64,000 bases of DNA from an uncultured bacterium. Its GTDB lineage: Bacteria; Bacteroidota; Bacteroidia; Flavobacteriales; Flavobacteriaceae. The notes below the pieces were generated by a model that made no database searches, was not told the origin of the DNA, and saw only the letters and a list, made by a program, of their open reading frames with translations. Shown here piece after piece: positions 1-9,998 of the stretch (positions are counted from its first letter, which is position 1; every line of letters starts with the position of its first letter). The DNA is taken from NCBI GenBank assembly GCA_963974305.1, contig CAXBCS010000005.1:1537-65536 (forward strand), written 5' to 3'. The translations under genes and the position numbers were made by a program.

Positions 1-1
1 A

Positions 2-271
2 GCTATTGGATGCCTAGGTATGCGTGCCTGTGGCTCTAACAATTGTCCGGTTGGCATTGCTACTCAAAAGGAATCTCTCCGTAGCCGATTGATTATTGAC
101 AGTTCAGCTAAGCAATTACACAACTATTTTGATGCCACCAATAATCTCATTAAGGTAGTAGCGAGAGCATGTGGATATGATGATGTAAGCAAATTTAACC
201 ACAACGACTTGTCTACCTTTGACAGGGATCTTCATAAACTAACAGGAATCAATTACGCAGGAGTCTTATGA
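2..271 (+). CDS. FMN-binding glutamate synthase family protein, C-terminal fragment (runs off window start)
   Basis: Frame open from base 2: AIGCLGMRACGSNNCPVGIATQ, the Cys-rich CPxGIATQ Fe-S motif of the glutamate synthase FMN domain. Confidence 0.85.
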   Translation, partial: AIGCLGMRACGSNNCPVGIATQKESLRSRLIIDSSAKQLHNYFDATNNLIKVVARACGYDDVSKFNHNDLSTFDRDLHKLTGINYAGVL

Positions 272-1023
272 TACAAGAAACAGAAACAATCATTCACCTA
301 GCGGCACAATACCTCGCCGCAGCCAATATTAGTTTTGTACCAAAAGAAGAAGACGATAGTCATACAAATTTCGGATTTGATGTGGAGCAATTGCGCTTGC
401 TCTCTCACCCACTTTCGTCTAAAGGAGATCAACTAGCACTTAATTACAAGGACTTTTCATTAGAATGGATCTCTTTTAATGCTCATAACTCTTACCCTTT
501 GGAGGGCAAAACACATGCTCAAGCTCTCGAATGGCTACAGCAAATGTCTTTAACCACTATTGCAAAGCCATATAGGTATAAATTTCACTATGAGTTGCCA
601 TATAGCATTCATAGTGATTACACCTTTCATATTGACAACTCAGCCGACTTAAAAACACTTGCTAATTTGAGAATCCTTACTCAAAAGGGGCTTGAGGAAA
701 TAATAAAGACGTTCCATTTGAAAGACAGCATCAGGATATGGCCGCATCATTTTGACACAGGGATATACGCGCCTTTACCGGAAACTTCAGATGTTATGGT
801 AGGCCTTGGTCTTGCAATTCCAGATACAGTATCCGATGGACATTATTTTTATGCAAGTGGCTATAAAAATGGAAATCAGATGGACCCTACATCTTTCAAT
901 CGGCTATCGGTTGGAAAATGGGTTTCCGACACTTTTAAAGGAGGAGTTTTACCCGCAGAAAACAGTAACCAAGACCAGTTAGTAAAATTCTTTACAGAGG
1001 CGTTAAACCAACTTAAGGATTAA
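268..1023 (+). CDS. hypothetical protein, 251 aa
   Basis: Long ORF overlapping the upstream stop by 4 nt; WPHHFDTG motif; no function recognised. Confidence 0.7.
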   Translation: MIQETETIIHLAAQYLAAANISFVPKEEDDSHTNFGFDVEQLRLLSHPLSSKGDQLALNYKDFSLEWISFNAHNSYPLEGKTHAQALEWLQQMSLTTIAKPYRYKFHYELPYSIHSDYTFHIDNSADLKTLANLRILTQKGLEEIIKTFHLKDSIRIWPHHFDTGIYAPLPETSDVMVGLGLAIPDTVSDGHYFYASGYKNGNQMDPTSFNRLSVGKWVSDTFKGGVLPAENSNQDQLVKFFTEALNQLKD

Positions 1024-1075
1024 GGTGGTTATTTCGTTCTTCTTAGGAAATAGATCGATTACAAAGTAGCCAGTC

Positions 1076-1759
1076 TTAATTGCAAGTTTTAGTCGCTCGC
1101 AACATCTCTCTTTTTCCTGGAGGTCCAGGTAGGCGTTCTACGACAAAACCAACGGCTTGCATTGCTCTACGCACGCTTCCTTTGGCTGCATAGGTTACTA
1201 AAACCCCATTTTCGCGCAAAGCGATATACATCTTTTCAAAAATAGCCTCATCCCATAATTCTGGCTGTACTCTGGCCCCAAAAGCATCAAAATACACGAG
1301 ATCATAAAGACCTATATCAGTGATATTCTCAAAGCGCTCTTGGCGTTTGGTCAATCTATAATCAGTTGTGATTGGATGCTGCTCGCCCCAAGAAAGAGAA
1401 TGCATTTGATTATAATATTGTAAGGCATTGGTTTGTGTAAGTTGGCTCGAATAATCCATCGCCGCAACTTCTTCTTCAGAAACCGGATAGGCTTCAATTC
1501 CTGTATACTCTATTTCTGTATTAAGAGCTTGTGCTTCAAAGAGCGTTAGCAAAGCATTTAATCCAGTCCCGAATCCCATCTCCAAAATTGCTATGGGTTG
1601 GGTCGTAGGCATTTTTGAAACGTAATGTTGTAGTCCCATACCCAAGAAAACATGACGCGCTTCTTGAATGGCGCCATGTTTACTGTGGTATTGCTCATCC
1701 CACTCAGAGATTTGGATCGTTTTCGAACCGTCTCCGGTTGTGATGATTTCACGTTTCAT
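1076..1759 (-). CDS. mnmD: tRNA mnm5s2U34 methyltransferase MnmD
   Basis: TGDGS.T, EQYHS.HGA, LEMGFGTGLN SAM motif, YFDAF..RVQPELW, LPGPPGKREM. Confidence 0.9.
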   Translation of the reverse strand: MKREIITTGDGSKTIQISEWDEQYHSKHGAIQEARHVFLGMGLQHYVSKMPTTQPIAILEMGFGTGLNALLTLFEAQALNTEIEYTGIEAYPVSEEEVAAMDYSSQLTQTNALQYYNQMHSLSWGEQHPITTDYRLTKRQERFENITDIGLYDLVYFDAFGARVQPELWDEAIFEKMYIALRENGVLVTYAAKGSVRRAMQAVGFVVERLPGPPGKREMLRATKTCN

Positions 1760-1776
1760 TAGCTACAATAGTAGTC

Positions 1777-2310
1777 TTAATTAGTCTTAATCAAAACACC
1801 ATCGGCCATAAAGCGGAGTTCGCGTTTTGACTCGGTGATTGCAGCAATTTCTTCAGCAGTTTTTCCTGCATCTTTAGCCATATGCTGTAATTCGTCTACA
1901 GACACTTCCTCAAGATAAGCTTTACCTTCAACGATCGCTTGTCCTTCAGCATCCAAAGGAACGAAGAATCCGTAATCCTTGAATTTTACAAACACCTCTT
2001 CTTCTTGAGCGATATCAAGACGCATCCAACAACCTTTTGATTTACAAACGGCATTAATAGGAGCCTCAAATTTAACTACTGCCGTATCTCCTGGCTTTAA
2101 TTGGGCATACTTCTCATTGATCTCAGCCTGTGTCATTGCGTCTGTTGCAGAGATTTCAGCTCCAAAACTTGCATAATCTTCTTGTGATGAAGCAGTTGTT
2201 TCCTCCGCTTTCGCGAAAGCTACCGCCTCCTCTTTTTTGTTCTCTTGGGTAGACTCTGCACATCCTATCATCATACATCCAGCCAAGGCTACTACTAATA
2301 AAGTCTTCAT
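1777..2310 (-). CDS. DUF4920-like lipoprotein
   Basis: Lipobox MIGC; VCKSKGCWM and FKDYGFFVP motifs; start taken at MKTLLVV. Confidence 0.75.
   Translation of the reverse strand: MKTLLVVALAGCMMIGCAESTQENKKEEAVAFAKAEETTASSQEDYASFGAEISATDAMTQAEINEKYAQLKPGDTAVVKFEAPINAVCKSKGCWMRLDIAQEEEVFVKFKDYGFFVPLDAEGQAIVEGKAYLEEVSVDELQHMAKDAGKTAEEIAAITESKRELRFMADGVLIKTN
2207..2220. repeat. palindrome GCTTTCGCGAAAGC, copy 1
   Basis: Inside the DUF4920 gene, read as AFAKA. Confidence 0.95.
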
Positions 2311-2407
2311 ACTATTTGATTTTAAGTAATTACCTGACAAAATTATGAATTTCTAGACGCTCTCGGGTGTTAAATTCATAAATTTGCAGAGAAATACAGT
2401 TATACCT

Positions 2408-3457
2408 ATGAAAATCACTCAAAGACCTAGTTCGAAGATTGCAGATATCGATTTTAATAACCTCACTTTTGGGAGTGTTTTTACAGATCATATGTTCATA
2501 TGTGATTATGTAGACGGGGCTTGGAAAGAGCCAGAAATTGTGCCTTACGGCCCAATGTCTATCGAACCTAGCGCCAAGGTATTTCATTATGGGCAAGCTG
2601 TTTTTGAAGGAATGAAAGCCTTTAAAGATGAGGCTGGCAAAGTGTGGCTTTTTCGCCCAGAGGACAATTGGGAACGCATCAATAAATCCTCAGAACGTTT
2701 AGCAATGCCTGCCTTTCCTAAAGATTATTTCTTTGAAGGCATGGATCAGCTTTTGAAAATGGATAGCGATTGGATCAAGCCTGGAGACGGTAATGCAATG
2801 TATATCCGCCCCTTTGTGATTGCAACCCAAAATGGAGTTTCAGCTTCTCCTTCAAATAGCTATAGATTTATGATAATCTGTGCTCCTGCACAAGCTTATT
2901 ATTCTGGAGAGGTAAATGTGCTCTTTGCTCAGAAATATAGCCGCGCCGCCGATGGGGGTGTTGGTTTTGCAAAAGCAGCTGGTAATTACGCCGCTCAATT
3001 TTACCCTACAAGCCTAGCAAATGCAAAAGGCTACCAACAAATCGTATGGACAGATGCCAGTACTCATGAATTCCTTGAAGAAGCAGGAACCATGAATGTG
3101 TTTTTCCGTATTGGAGACACTCTTATTACAGCACCAACTAACGATCGCATTCTTGATGGAATCACTCGCAAAAGTATCATCGCCCTCGCCGAAAAAGCTG
3201 GTGTAAACGTTGAAGTTCGCCCAGTACGCGTTTCTGAAATCGTCGCTGCTTCTAATGCAGGCGAATTAAAAGAAATTTTTGGAGCAGGAACTGCTGCGGT
3301 TGTGGTACCCTTTAATTCTTTTGGACATGATGAGAAAGATTATCAACTACCAGCTCAAAATGACGACAGCTATGCACGTCGTTTCAAAAAAGCTCTTAAC
3401 GATATTCAATACAACCGTGCAGAAGATACAATGGGCTGGAGACGTGAAGTTAAGTAA
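2408..3457 (+). CDS. ilvE: branched-chain amino acid aminotransferase
   Basis: FHYGQAVFEGMKA, AKAAGNYAA, EEAGTMN, ILDGITRKS, GAGTAA class IV PLP motifs. Confidence 0.93.
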   Translation: MKITQRPSSKIADIDFNNLTFGSVFTDHMFICDYVDGAWKEPEIVPYGPMSIEPSAKVFHYGQAVFEGMKAFKDEAGKVWLFRPEDNWERINKSSERLAMPAFPKDYFFEGMDQLLKMDSDWIKPGDGNAMYIRPFVIATQNGVSASPSNSYRFMIICAPAQAYYSGEVNVLFAQKYSRAADGGVGFAKAAGNYAAQFYPTSLANAKGYQQIVWTDASTHEFLEEAGTMNVFFRIGDTLITAPTNDRILDGITRKSIIALAEKAGVNVEVRPVRVSEIVAASNAGELKEIFGAGTAAVVVPFNSFGHDEKDYQLPAQNDDSYARRFKKALNDIQYNRAEDTMGWRREVK

Positions 3458-3512
3458 GCTGTAAATAGACAATTTTCCGTAACTTTAGAGGTCTAACAAA
3501 TACCCCATTATC

Positions 3513-4286
3513 ATGCGCGGCGGAAGAAGTTTAAAAATCAGAATACTTATAGGTCTTTGTATTGCAGCCTTTGGCTACTTTCAATATTGTAGTAATAAAG
3601 AAACAAACCCCTATACTGGTACTGTTCAGTCTATTGACATGACTCCTGCTGAAGAAATTCAAATTGGTCAGCAATACGCTCCTGGCATGGCCGAGCAACA
3701 TGGCGGACTATACCCAAATCAAGAATTACAGGCAGAAATTGATCGCATAGGAAATAAACTTGTGCGCAATAGTGTGGCTGCTCAAACTCCTTATGAATAT
3801 GATTTCCATTTGTTGAGAGACGAAGAAACCATCAATGCCTTTGCCTTACCTGGTGGACAAATTTTTATGACCTATGCCCTATTGAGTCGTTTGGAAAACG
3901 AAGATCAAATTGCCGGGGTTCTAGGCCATGAAATTGCACATGTACTCGGAAAACATAGCGCAGAACGTGTCTCTAAAAGCAAAATGTGGCAAACGGTTTC
4001 TATGGGCGCCGAAGTTGGCGGAGGCATGGGACAAGCCGTAGGCTCTATTGGTCAGAATGTATTACTTGGAAATGGTCGAGAAGACGAATTGGAAAGTGAT
4101 CATCTGGGTGTTTTATTTATGATGAATGCTGGGTACGACCCCTATGAGATGATAGGCGTTATGGAAATTTTAAAAGCCGCTGGTGGTCCAAATAGAACCC
4201 CTGAATTTCAAAGTACACATCCAGATCCTGAAAACCGTATGGAACGCATAAAAGAAAGTATCGAAATACATAAAAACGGTGGCTAA
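3513..4286 (+). CDS. M48 family metalloprotease
   Basis: INAFALPGG, GHEIAHV (HExxH), ELESD, STHPDP. Confidence 0.9.
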   Translation: MRGGRSLKIRILIGLCIAAFGYFQYCSNKETNPYTGTVQSIDMTPAEEIQIGQQYAPGMAEQHGGLYPNQELQAEIDRIGNKLVRNSVAAQTPYEYDFHLLRDEETINAFALPGGQIFMTYALLSRLENEDQIAGVLGHEIAHVLGKHSAERVSKSKMWQTVSMGAEVGGGMGQAVGSIGQNVLLGNGREDELESDHLGVLFMMNAGYDPYEMIGVMEILKAAGGPNRTPEFQSTHPDPENRMERIKESIEIHKNGG

Positions 4287-4310
4287 ATCGTTTTCGTTAA
4301 AAGCATCCCT

Positions 4311-4339
4311 AATCCCGCCATCGCGGGATTTTGTTTTTT
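4311..4339 (+). terminator. intrinsic terminator after the M48 gene
   Basis: AATCCCGC-CATC-GCGGGATT followed by a T-rich run. Confidence 0.65.
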
Positions 4340-4366
4340 ATCTTTACAGTACCAAAATACATTACT

Positions 4367-5881
4367 TTGAATAAGAAAACCATCCTAATGATTCTCGATG
4401 GCTGGGGCGTCGCTCCAGACCAAAAAGTATCTGCCGTAGATCAGGCGCAAACCCCTTTTGTCGATAGCCTATATACCAAATATCCACATAGTACTTTACT
4501 CACTCATGGTGGTAACGTTGGGCTTCCAGAAGGTCAAATGGGCAATAGCGAAGTAGGGCATATGAATTTAGGAGCTGGTCGCATTGTGTATCAAGATTTA
4601 GCAAAAATTAATTTGGCAATTAAAAATGACACTTTAAAGGACGAAATAGTATTAAAAGAGGCTTTCGCCTATGCTAAAGCATACAAGAAACCCATTCACT
4701 TGCTAGGCCTCGTTTCTGATGGCGGAGTGCATTCTCATATTGATCATTTGAAGGGTCTTTTATTAGCTGCCGAAGAAGCTGGAATTCCGCAAACGTATAT
4801 TCATGCGTTTACAGACGGTCGGGATGTAGATCCAAAATCAGGTAAGGGTTTTTTGGAGGATGTAGACGCTTTCGCGAAAGCGCACTCGGCACAGCTGGCC
4901 ACAGTCATTGGAAGATATTATGCCATGGACAGAGACAGCCGCTGGGATCGTGTACAAAAAGCTTATGATCTGCTTGTCAATGGAAGCGGTACCTTATCAG
5001 AAGATATTGGTAAAAGCATGCAGGCAAGTTATGAGGCCGATATTACCGATGAGTTTATAGATCCTCTAGTGATGGCAGAAAATGGCAAGCCCATCGCTAC
5101 CATCGCAGAAGGAGATGTTGTAATCTTTTTTAATTTCAGAACTGATCGTGGTCGCGAACTTACACAGATGTTATCGCAAAAGGATTTTCCTGAACAGGGA
5201 ACTAAAAAACTTAATTTGCATTATGTCACATTGACTAATTACGACAACACTTTTGAAGAAGTAAACGTCGTATATGATAAAGATAATTTAGTCGATACTT
5301 TGGGTGAAACTTTGGCGAAAGCCGGAAAAACCCAAATTCGAATCGCAGAAACTGAGAAATACCCACATGTTACCTTCTTCTTTAATGGAGGCCAAGAAAT
5401 TCCATTTGAAGGTGAAAGTCGTCTTTTATGTCCATCTCCAAAAGTGGCAACCTACGACTTACAACCAGAGATGAGCGCCTATGATATAAGAGATAAAATC
5501 ATTCCTGAAATTGAAAAAGGAGAGGTTGATTTTATTTGTTTGAATTTTGCCAATCCGGATATGGTGGGACATACTGGTGATATGAAAGCCGCTATCAAAG
5601 CTTGTGAAGTGGTTGATAGTTGTACAGAATCTATTGTAACGGCTGCTCTTGAACATGAGTATACAATTATCATTATTGCCGACCATGGTAATGCAGAAAC
5701 GATGATCAATCCTGATGGATCACCTAATACGGCCCACACTACCAATCCAGTGCCTATTATTCTTGTCGACCCAGATATTAAAGAAATACGAAATGGAATC
5801 TTAGCCGATGTAGCACCTACTATCCTTGATTTATTAGGTGTTGAGCAGCCAGCAGTCATGGATCGTAAATCTCTGATATAA
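4367..5881 (+). CDS. gpmI: 2,3-bisphosphoglycerate-independent phosphoglycerate mutase
   Basis: ILMILDGWG, GQMGNSEVGH (phospho-Ser), HAFTDGRD, GRYYAMDRD, NPDMVGHTG, ADHGN; TTG start chosen. Confidence 0.96.
   Translation: MNKKTILMILDGWGVAPDQKVSAVDQAQTPFVDSLYTKYPHSTLLTHGGNVGLPEGQMGNSEVGHMNLGAGRIVYQDLAKINLAIKNDTLKDEIVLKEAFAYAKAYKKPIHLLGLVSDGGVHSHIDHLKGLLLAAEEAGIPQTYIHAFTDGRDVDPKSGKGFLEDVDAFAKAHSAQLATVIGRYYAMDRDSRWDRVQKAYDLLVNGSGTLSEDIGKSMQASYEADITDEFIDPLVMAENGKPIATIAEGDVVIFFNFRTDRGRELTQMLSQKDFPEQGTKKLNLHYVTLTNYDNTFEEVNVVYDKDNLVDTLGETLAKAGKTQIRIAETEKYPHVTFFFNGGQEIPFEGESRLLCPSPKVATYDLQPEMSAYDIRDKIIPEIEKGEVDFICLNFANPDMVGHTGDMKAAIKACEVVDSCTESIVTAALEHEYTIIIIADHGNAETMINPDGSPNTAHTTNPVPIILVDPDIKEIRNGILADVAPTILDLLGVEQPAVMDRKSLI
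4867..4882. repeat. palindrome CGCTTTCGCGAAAGCG, copy 2
   Basis: Inside gpmI, read as AFAKA. Confidence 0.95.
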
Positions 5882-6102
5882 AGATGCTACATAAATATAA
5901 ATTCACCTTACTCAAACTTACGGCTTTGCTATGGACCCTTTTTGGTTTTGGTCTTGCCTATACTTCCATTATCAAAGACATTAAATGGATTGCGCTATTA
6001 GGACTAGCTTTTGGTCTTTTTTGGACATTTACGCTATTCAAGTCGTTGAAATTCCAAGGAAGAAATAGATATACTTGTTTTAAAACATTAATATACCCCC
6101 CT

Positions 6103-6696
6103 ATGAAATTAAAAAATTTAGTTGCCTATACTATATGTGTTGCATCTCTTAGTATGTTCTCATGCAAGGAAGAACCTAAAGACTCTACAACTACAGAAAT
6201 AGAAGTTAAAGTTGTTTCTGATTCTATTGAAGATGAAATATTAGATACTTCAGACGACCCAATTTTATTAGGTAAAACCAAGCGTAGCCAATTACACGAT
6301 GAACCCTACTCAAAATGGTTTACACCCACCTATGACGAATATGTTGTTGATACAGCGACGGTAAAAGTTATTGGTAGAAAATTGCGCGATGCACATCTAA
6401 CCATCTTTATGGGCTCCTGGTGTGAGGATAGTCAGCTGCAAATTCCAGCTATGTTTAAGGTTCTTGATCAAGCAGGATTCAACCCAAATCACTATACTTT
6501 AGTGACCGTATCAGAAGAAAAAGACACTCCTAAGGGTTTGGAAAAAGGAAAAAACATCACATTTGTTCCAACTGTTATTGTGAATATGGAGGGCAAGGAA
6601 ATTGGACGAATTGTTGAGTACCCAATTGAAAGTTGGGAAAAAGATTTAGAGAAAATTATAAATGGCGAGCCTTACAAACATGCCTATGAGGAGTAA
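6103..6696 (+). CDS. thioredoxin-like lipoprotein (CxxS)
   Basis: Lipobox SMFSC after MKLKNL; GSWCEDS and FVPT motifs; the ORF track extends 73 codons further upstream in frame. Confidence 0.8.
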   Translation: MKLKNLVAYTICVASLSMFSCKEEPKDSTTTEIEVKVVSDSIEDEILDTSDDPILLGKTKRSQLHDEPYSKWFTPTYDEYVVDTATVKVIGRKLRDAHLTIFMGSWCEDSQLQIPAMFKVLDQAGFNPNHYTLVTVSEEKDTPKGLEKGKNITFVPTVIVNMEGKEIGRIVEYPIESWEKDLEKIINGEPYKHAYEE

Positions 6697-6835
6697 ATTA
6701 TCAAGCTTCAAAAATTAAAACTTCTATATAAAAAAAGAAACGCGGCTTCCATCTCTCCCTTTGGAACAGAAGTCCTTATTACAGAGGGAGATTCACTCAT
6801 GAATCTTTTGTAACTTTGCGCAAAATTTAAAACCA

Positions 6836-7279
6836 TTGGACAAAATAACCATTGCAGTAGATTTTGACGGAACTATCGTTACCAACGCTTATCCAAGCAT
6901 AGGCAAACCGTTACTTTTTGCATTCGAAACCCTCAAAAAGTTACAAAACGAAGGTCATATTCTTATTTTATGGACCTATCGTGAGGGAACAAAACTTGCT
7001 GAAGCTGTTGATTTTTGCGCACAAAATGGATTGACTTTTTATGCGATAAATAAAAGCTACCCTGAAGAGATAATGGCCGATAATATTAGTAGAAAAATAC
7101 ATGCCGATCTTTTTATTGACGATCGCAACATAGGTGGCATGATGGGATGGGGAGAGATTTATCACTTGATAAGTAATGAAAAATCCAATTCTCCAAAGCT
7201 CAATCAAAAAAGAAAAAAAATAGCAAACAAAGGTTTCTTCTCCCGTATTGAGGATCTTTTTAAAGACGAAAATAGTTAG
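6836..7279 (+). CDS. HAD-type phosphatase (BT0820-like)
   Basis: IAVDFDGT motif I, WTYR motif II, FIDDR motif IV. Confidence 0.85.
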   Translation: MDKITIAVDFDGTIVTNAYPSIGKPLLFAFETLKKLQNEGHILILWTYREGTKLAEAVDFCAQNGLTFYAINKSYPEEIMADNISRKIHADLFIDDRNIGGMMGWGEIYHLISNEKSNSPKLNQKRKKIANKGFFSRIEDLFKDENS

Positions 7280-7280
7280 T

Positions 7281-8099
7281 ATGATTATCCAAAAAAGTAG
7301 AGAAGAAATTGAGCTCATGCGCGAAAGTGCATTGATTGTTTCCAAAACCTTGGGAATGCTAGCTGGGGAAGTAAAACCAGGGGTAACCACCCTTTATCTG
7401 GATGGACTTGCTGAAACTTTTATAAGAGATCATGGTGCTATTCCAGGATTTTTAGGCTTATATGATTTTCCAAATACACTTTGTATGAGTCCCAATCAAC
7501 AAGTAGTACATGGTATCCCCAATGATAAACCGTTAGTAGAAGGTGACATTATCTCCATTGACTGTGGTGCTATCAAAAATGAATATTATGGAGACCACGC
7601 CTATACCTTTGAGGTGGGCGAAGTGGCAGCAGACATCAAACAATTACTAGAAGTTACTAAGCAGTCTTTGTACAAAGGAATTGAACAATTTAAACTTGGC
7701 AATCGTGTTGGTGATGTTGGCTATGCCATACAAAAACATGCCGAAGATCACGGCTATGGTGTCGTACGTGAATTAGTTGGTCATGGCCTAGGAAAGACTA
7801 TGCATGAAGATCCTGAAATGCCTAATTACGGGAAACGTGGTCGCGGCAAGAAATTTACAGAAGGTATGGTAGTTGCCATAGAACCTATGATCAATTTAGG
7901 GACTAAAAACATAAAGCAACATGATGATGGGTGGACGATTACTACCCGTGATAATAAAGCAAGTGCGCACTTTGAACACGATGTTGCGATCGTTGATGGA
8001 AAACCAGAATTGCTCTCCACCTTTGCCTATATTTATCAAGCCTTGGGTATAAAAAGTGATGAGGAACTCCCTTTCCGCCAACAAGCCTTGGTCTTATAA
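7281..8099 (+). CDS. map: type I methionyl aminopeptidase
   Basis: VVHGIP, SIDCG, GDHAYT, LVGHG, AIEPM, SAHFEH. Confidence 0.96.
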   Translation: MIIQKSREEIELMRESALIVSKTLGMLAGEVKPGVTTLYLDGLAETFIRDHGAIPGFLGLYDFPNTLCMSPNQQVVHGIPNDKPLVEGDIISIDCGAIKNEYYGDHAYTFEVGEVAADIKQLLEVTKQSLYKGIEQFKLGNRVGDVGYAIQKHAEDHGYGVVRELVGHGLGKTMHEDPEMPNYGKRGRGKKFTEGMVVAIEPMINLGTKNIKQHDDGWTITTRDNKASAHFEHDVAIVDGKPELLSTFAYIYQALGIKSDEELPFRQQALVL

Positions 8100-8102
8100 A
8101 CT

Positions 8103-8867
8103 GTGAAAAATATTTTTAAATTTTTTCTTAATGCGATTCCGCGACCCTTGCTCATACGTTTGAGTTATGTGGTACGACCGGTTTTGGCTTTATTTCTGAA
8201 AGGCAATCGCTATACGGATCCCATTGATGGAAAAAGTTTTCGCAAGTTCTTACCCTATGGCTATGGCGCTCCTCGTGAAAATGTACTCAGCCCCTCTACC
8301 CTTTCTTTAGAACGCCATCGACTATTATGGCTGTGGCTAGAACGGGAAACAGAATTCTTTACAAAGCCTTCCAAGGTTTTACACTTTGCGCCTGAACAAG
8401 CTTTTTATAAGCGCTTTCGTGAAATGAAACATCTAGATTATACTACAACAGATCTCAACTCACCTTTAGCAGATGTTAAAGCAGATATTTGTGATCTGCC
8501 GTTTAAGGACAACGACTATGATATAATCTTCTGTAATCATGTCTTAGAACATATTCCAGATGATGCTAAGGCAATGAGCGAATTGTATAGAGTTCTCAAA
8601 CCGGGAGGTATGGCGATTTTACAAATTCCTCAAGAACTCGATAGAGAAGTCACCTTTGAAGACAATACCATTACAGACCCTACCGAACGTGCAAAAATCT
8701 TTGGTCAGTATGACCACGTACGCGTTTATGGTCGAGATTACTTTAATACCCTTCGCAAGTTTGGATTTATAGTTGATGAAGTGGATTACACCAACCAACT
8801 TTCTAAAGAAGAGGTAGATCGTTACCGACTGGCAAATGGAGAGATATTACCCGTTTGCAAGAAGTAG
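8103..8867 (+). CDS. class I SAM-dependent methyltransferase
   Basis: VLHFAPE, ADICDLPF, CNHVLEHI, RVLKPGG. Confidence 0.88.
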   Translation: MKNIFKFFLNAIPRPLLIRLSYVVRPVLALFLKGNRYTDPIDGKSFRKFLPYGYGAPRENVLSPSTLSLERHRLLWLWLERETEFFTKPSKVLHFAPEQAFYKRFREMKHLDYTTTDLNSPLADVKADICDLPFKDNDYDIIFCNHVLEHIPDDAKAMSELYRVLKPGGMAILQIPQELDREVTFEDNTITDPTERAKIFGQYDHVRVYGRDYFNTLRKFGFIVDEVDYTNQLSKEEVDRYRLANGEILPVCKK

Positions 8868-8929
8868 AATGTTTTAGATTGTATTACATTTAGTTTAAGA
8901 AATTAACTTTCCTAAATAAAACAATTACC

Positions 8930-9442
8930 ATGCGCACCTTCCTCCTTATTCTCTTTGCTGCTTTCCATCTTTCACATATCAACGCGCAGACCTCTGCAGA
9001 GGCCTTACAGAAAGAAATTGATCAAACAGTATGGAAACCTTTCCAACAGGCATTTCAAACGCTAGATGGGGCTGCTCTGAATGCCACTTATGCAGATCAG
9101 GTCCTTCGTATTACTCCTTCTGGTATCGATACCCAAAATAACTTTAAAAAAGGAAACCTTGAACGCTTTGCTCAAAACAAAGCCACTGGTGAAAGTATTA
9201 GCCTTGATTTTTGGTTTGATAGTCGGACGACTCAAGATGAAATCTCTTATGAAGTTGGATTTTACCGTATAGGATTCACCGGAAAATCTGGCAATACCAC
9301 CTATAGTTATGGGCAGTTCCATATCGTGATTCAAAAAATAAATGGGCAATGGAAAATTACTCAAGATTGGGATACTGCTACCTTGAAAGGTGCCCCAATT
9401 AGCGCAAAAGATTTTGAATTACAAGCCCCCAGACAATTCTAA
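8930..9442 (+). CDS. secreted NTF2-like (DUF4440-type) protein
   Basis: Signal peptide; helix then beta strands ending KINGQWKITQDWD, typical of NTF2-like folds. Confidence 0.65.
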   Translation: MRTFLLILFAAFHLSHINAQTSAEALQKEIDQTVWKPFQQAFQTLDGAALNATYADQVLRITPSGIDTQNNFKKGNLERFAQNKATGESISLDFWFDSRTTQDEISYEVGFYRIGFTGKSGNTTYSYGQFHIVIQKINGQWKITQDWDTATLKGAPISAKDFELQAPRQF

Positions 9443-9457
9443 AGTTCGCTCTCTTAT

Positions 9458-9750
9458 ATGAAAACACTCAAAATATTAAATATCATAATTGTTGTGATTT
9501 CAGCAATTCTAACTGTAGGCCTGGTCGCCACTCAGTCCATGGCAGCGCTTCTGTCTATTGCCACGGTATTTTCTTTCTGTACTATGTGGTTTTTCTAGTT
9601 TTTGTGATCATCACTGGCAAATCAGTATTCAGCCAAGGTGTAAAAATTGTCATATGGATCTTGTTCTTAATTCCTCTAATCGCTTTGCTCTTATTCCCAT
9701 ATGAAGTTACTGAGTTTCTAATGCAAGGAGTTCATCTTGACATGAAATAA
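9458..9750 (+). pseudogene. small membrane protein gene with a 1-nt deletion
   Basis: ATG 9458 frame stops at 9596-9598; one extra T in the run at 9569-9572 gives a 97-aa hydrophobic protein ending TAA 9748-9750, abutting the next ATG. Confidence 0.7.
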
Positions 9751-9993
9751 ATGAAATCTAAAACCTTAAAACTAATTTTGTTTGGCTTCCTAGCCCTTAT
9801 TTCTAGTGGTGCTGGGGTGGCATATGGAGTCCAAGTATATGTAGGCATCCATGCATTAGTTGTAACCGATTACAGTGATTATCTATATGGGCGTCTTGGA
9901 CTTCTAACACTAGTTGCTCTTGGAATTGCTGCACTCGCTCTCTGGGTTGGATTTTGGGCCATTCGGAAGTTTAGAAAAGTGCTAAAGAGTTGA
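9751..9993 (+). CDS. small two-TM membrane protein
   Basis: 80 aa, two hydrophobic segments, basic C-terminus. Confidence 0.6.
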   Translation: MKSKTLKLILFGFLALISSGAGVAYGVQVYVGIHALVVTDYSDYLYGRLGLLTLVALGIAALALWVGFWAIRKFRKVLKS

Positions 9994-9998
9994 GAAAT

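Noticed and set aside
6751-6793. Long-loop hairpin TCTCCCT...AGGGAGA
   Set aside because: Too degenerate to call as REP or terminator
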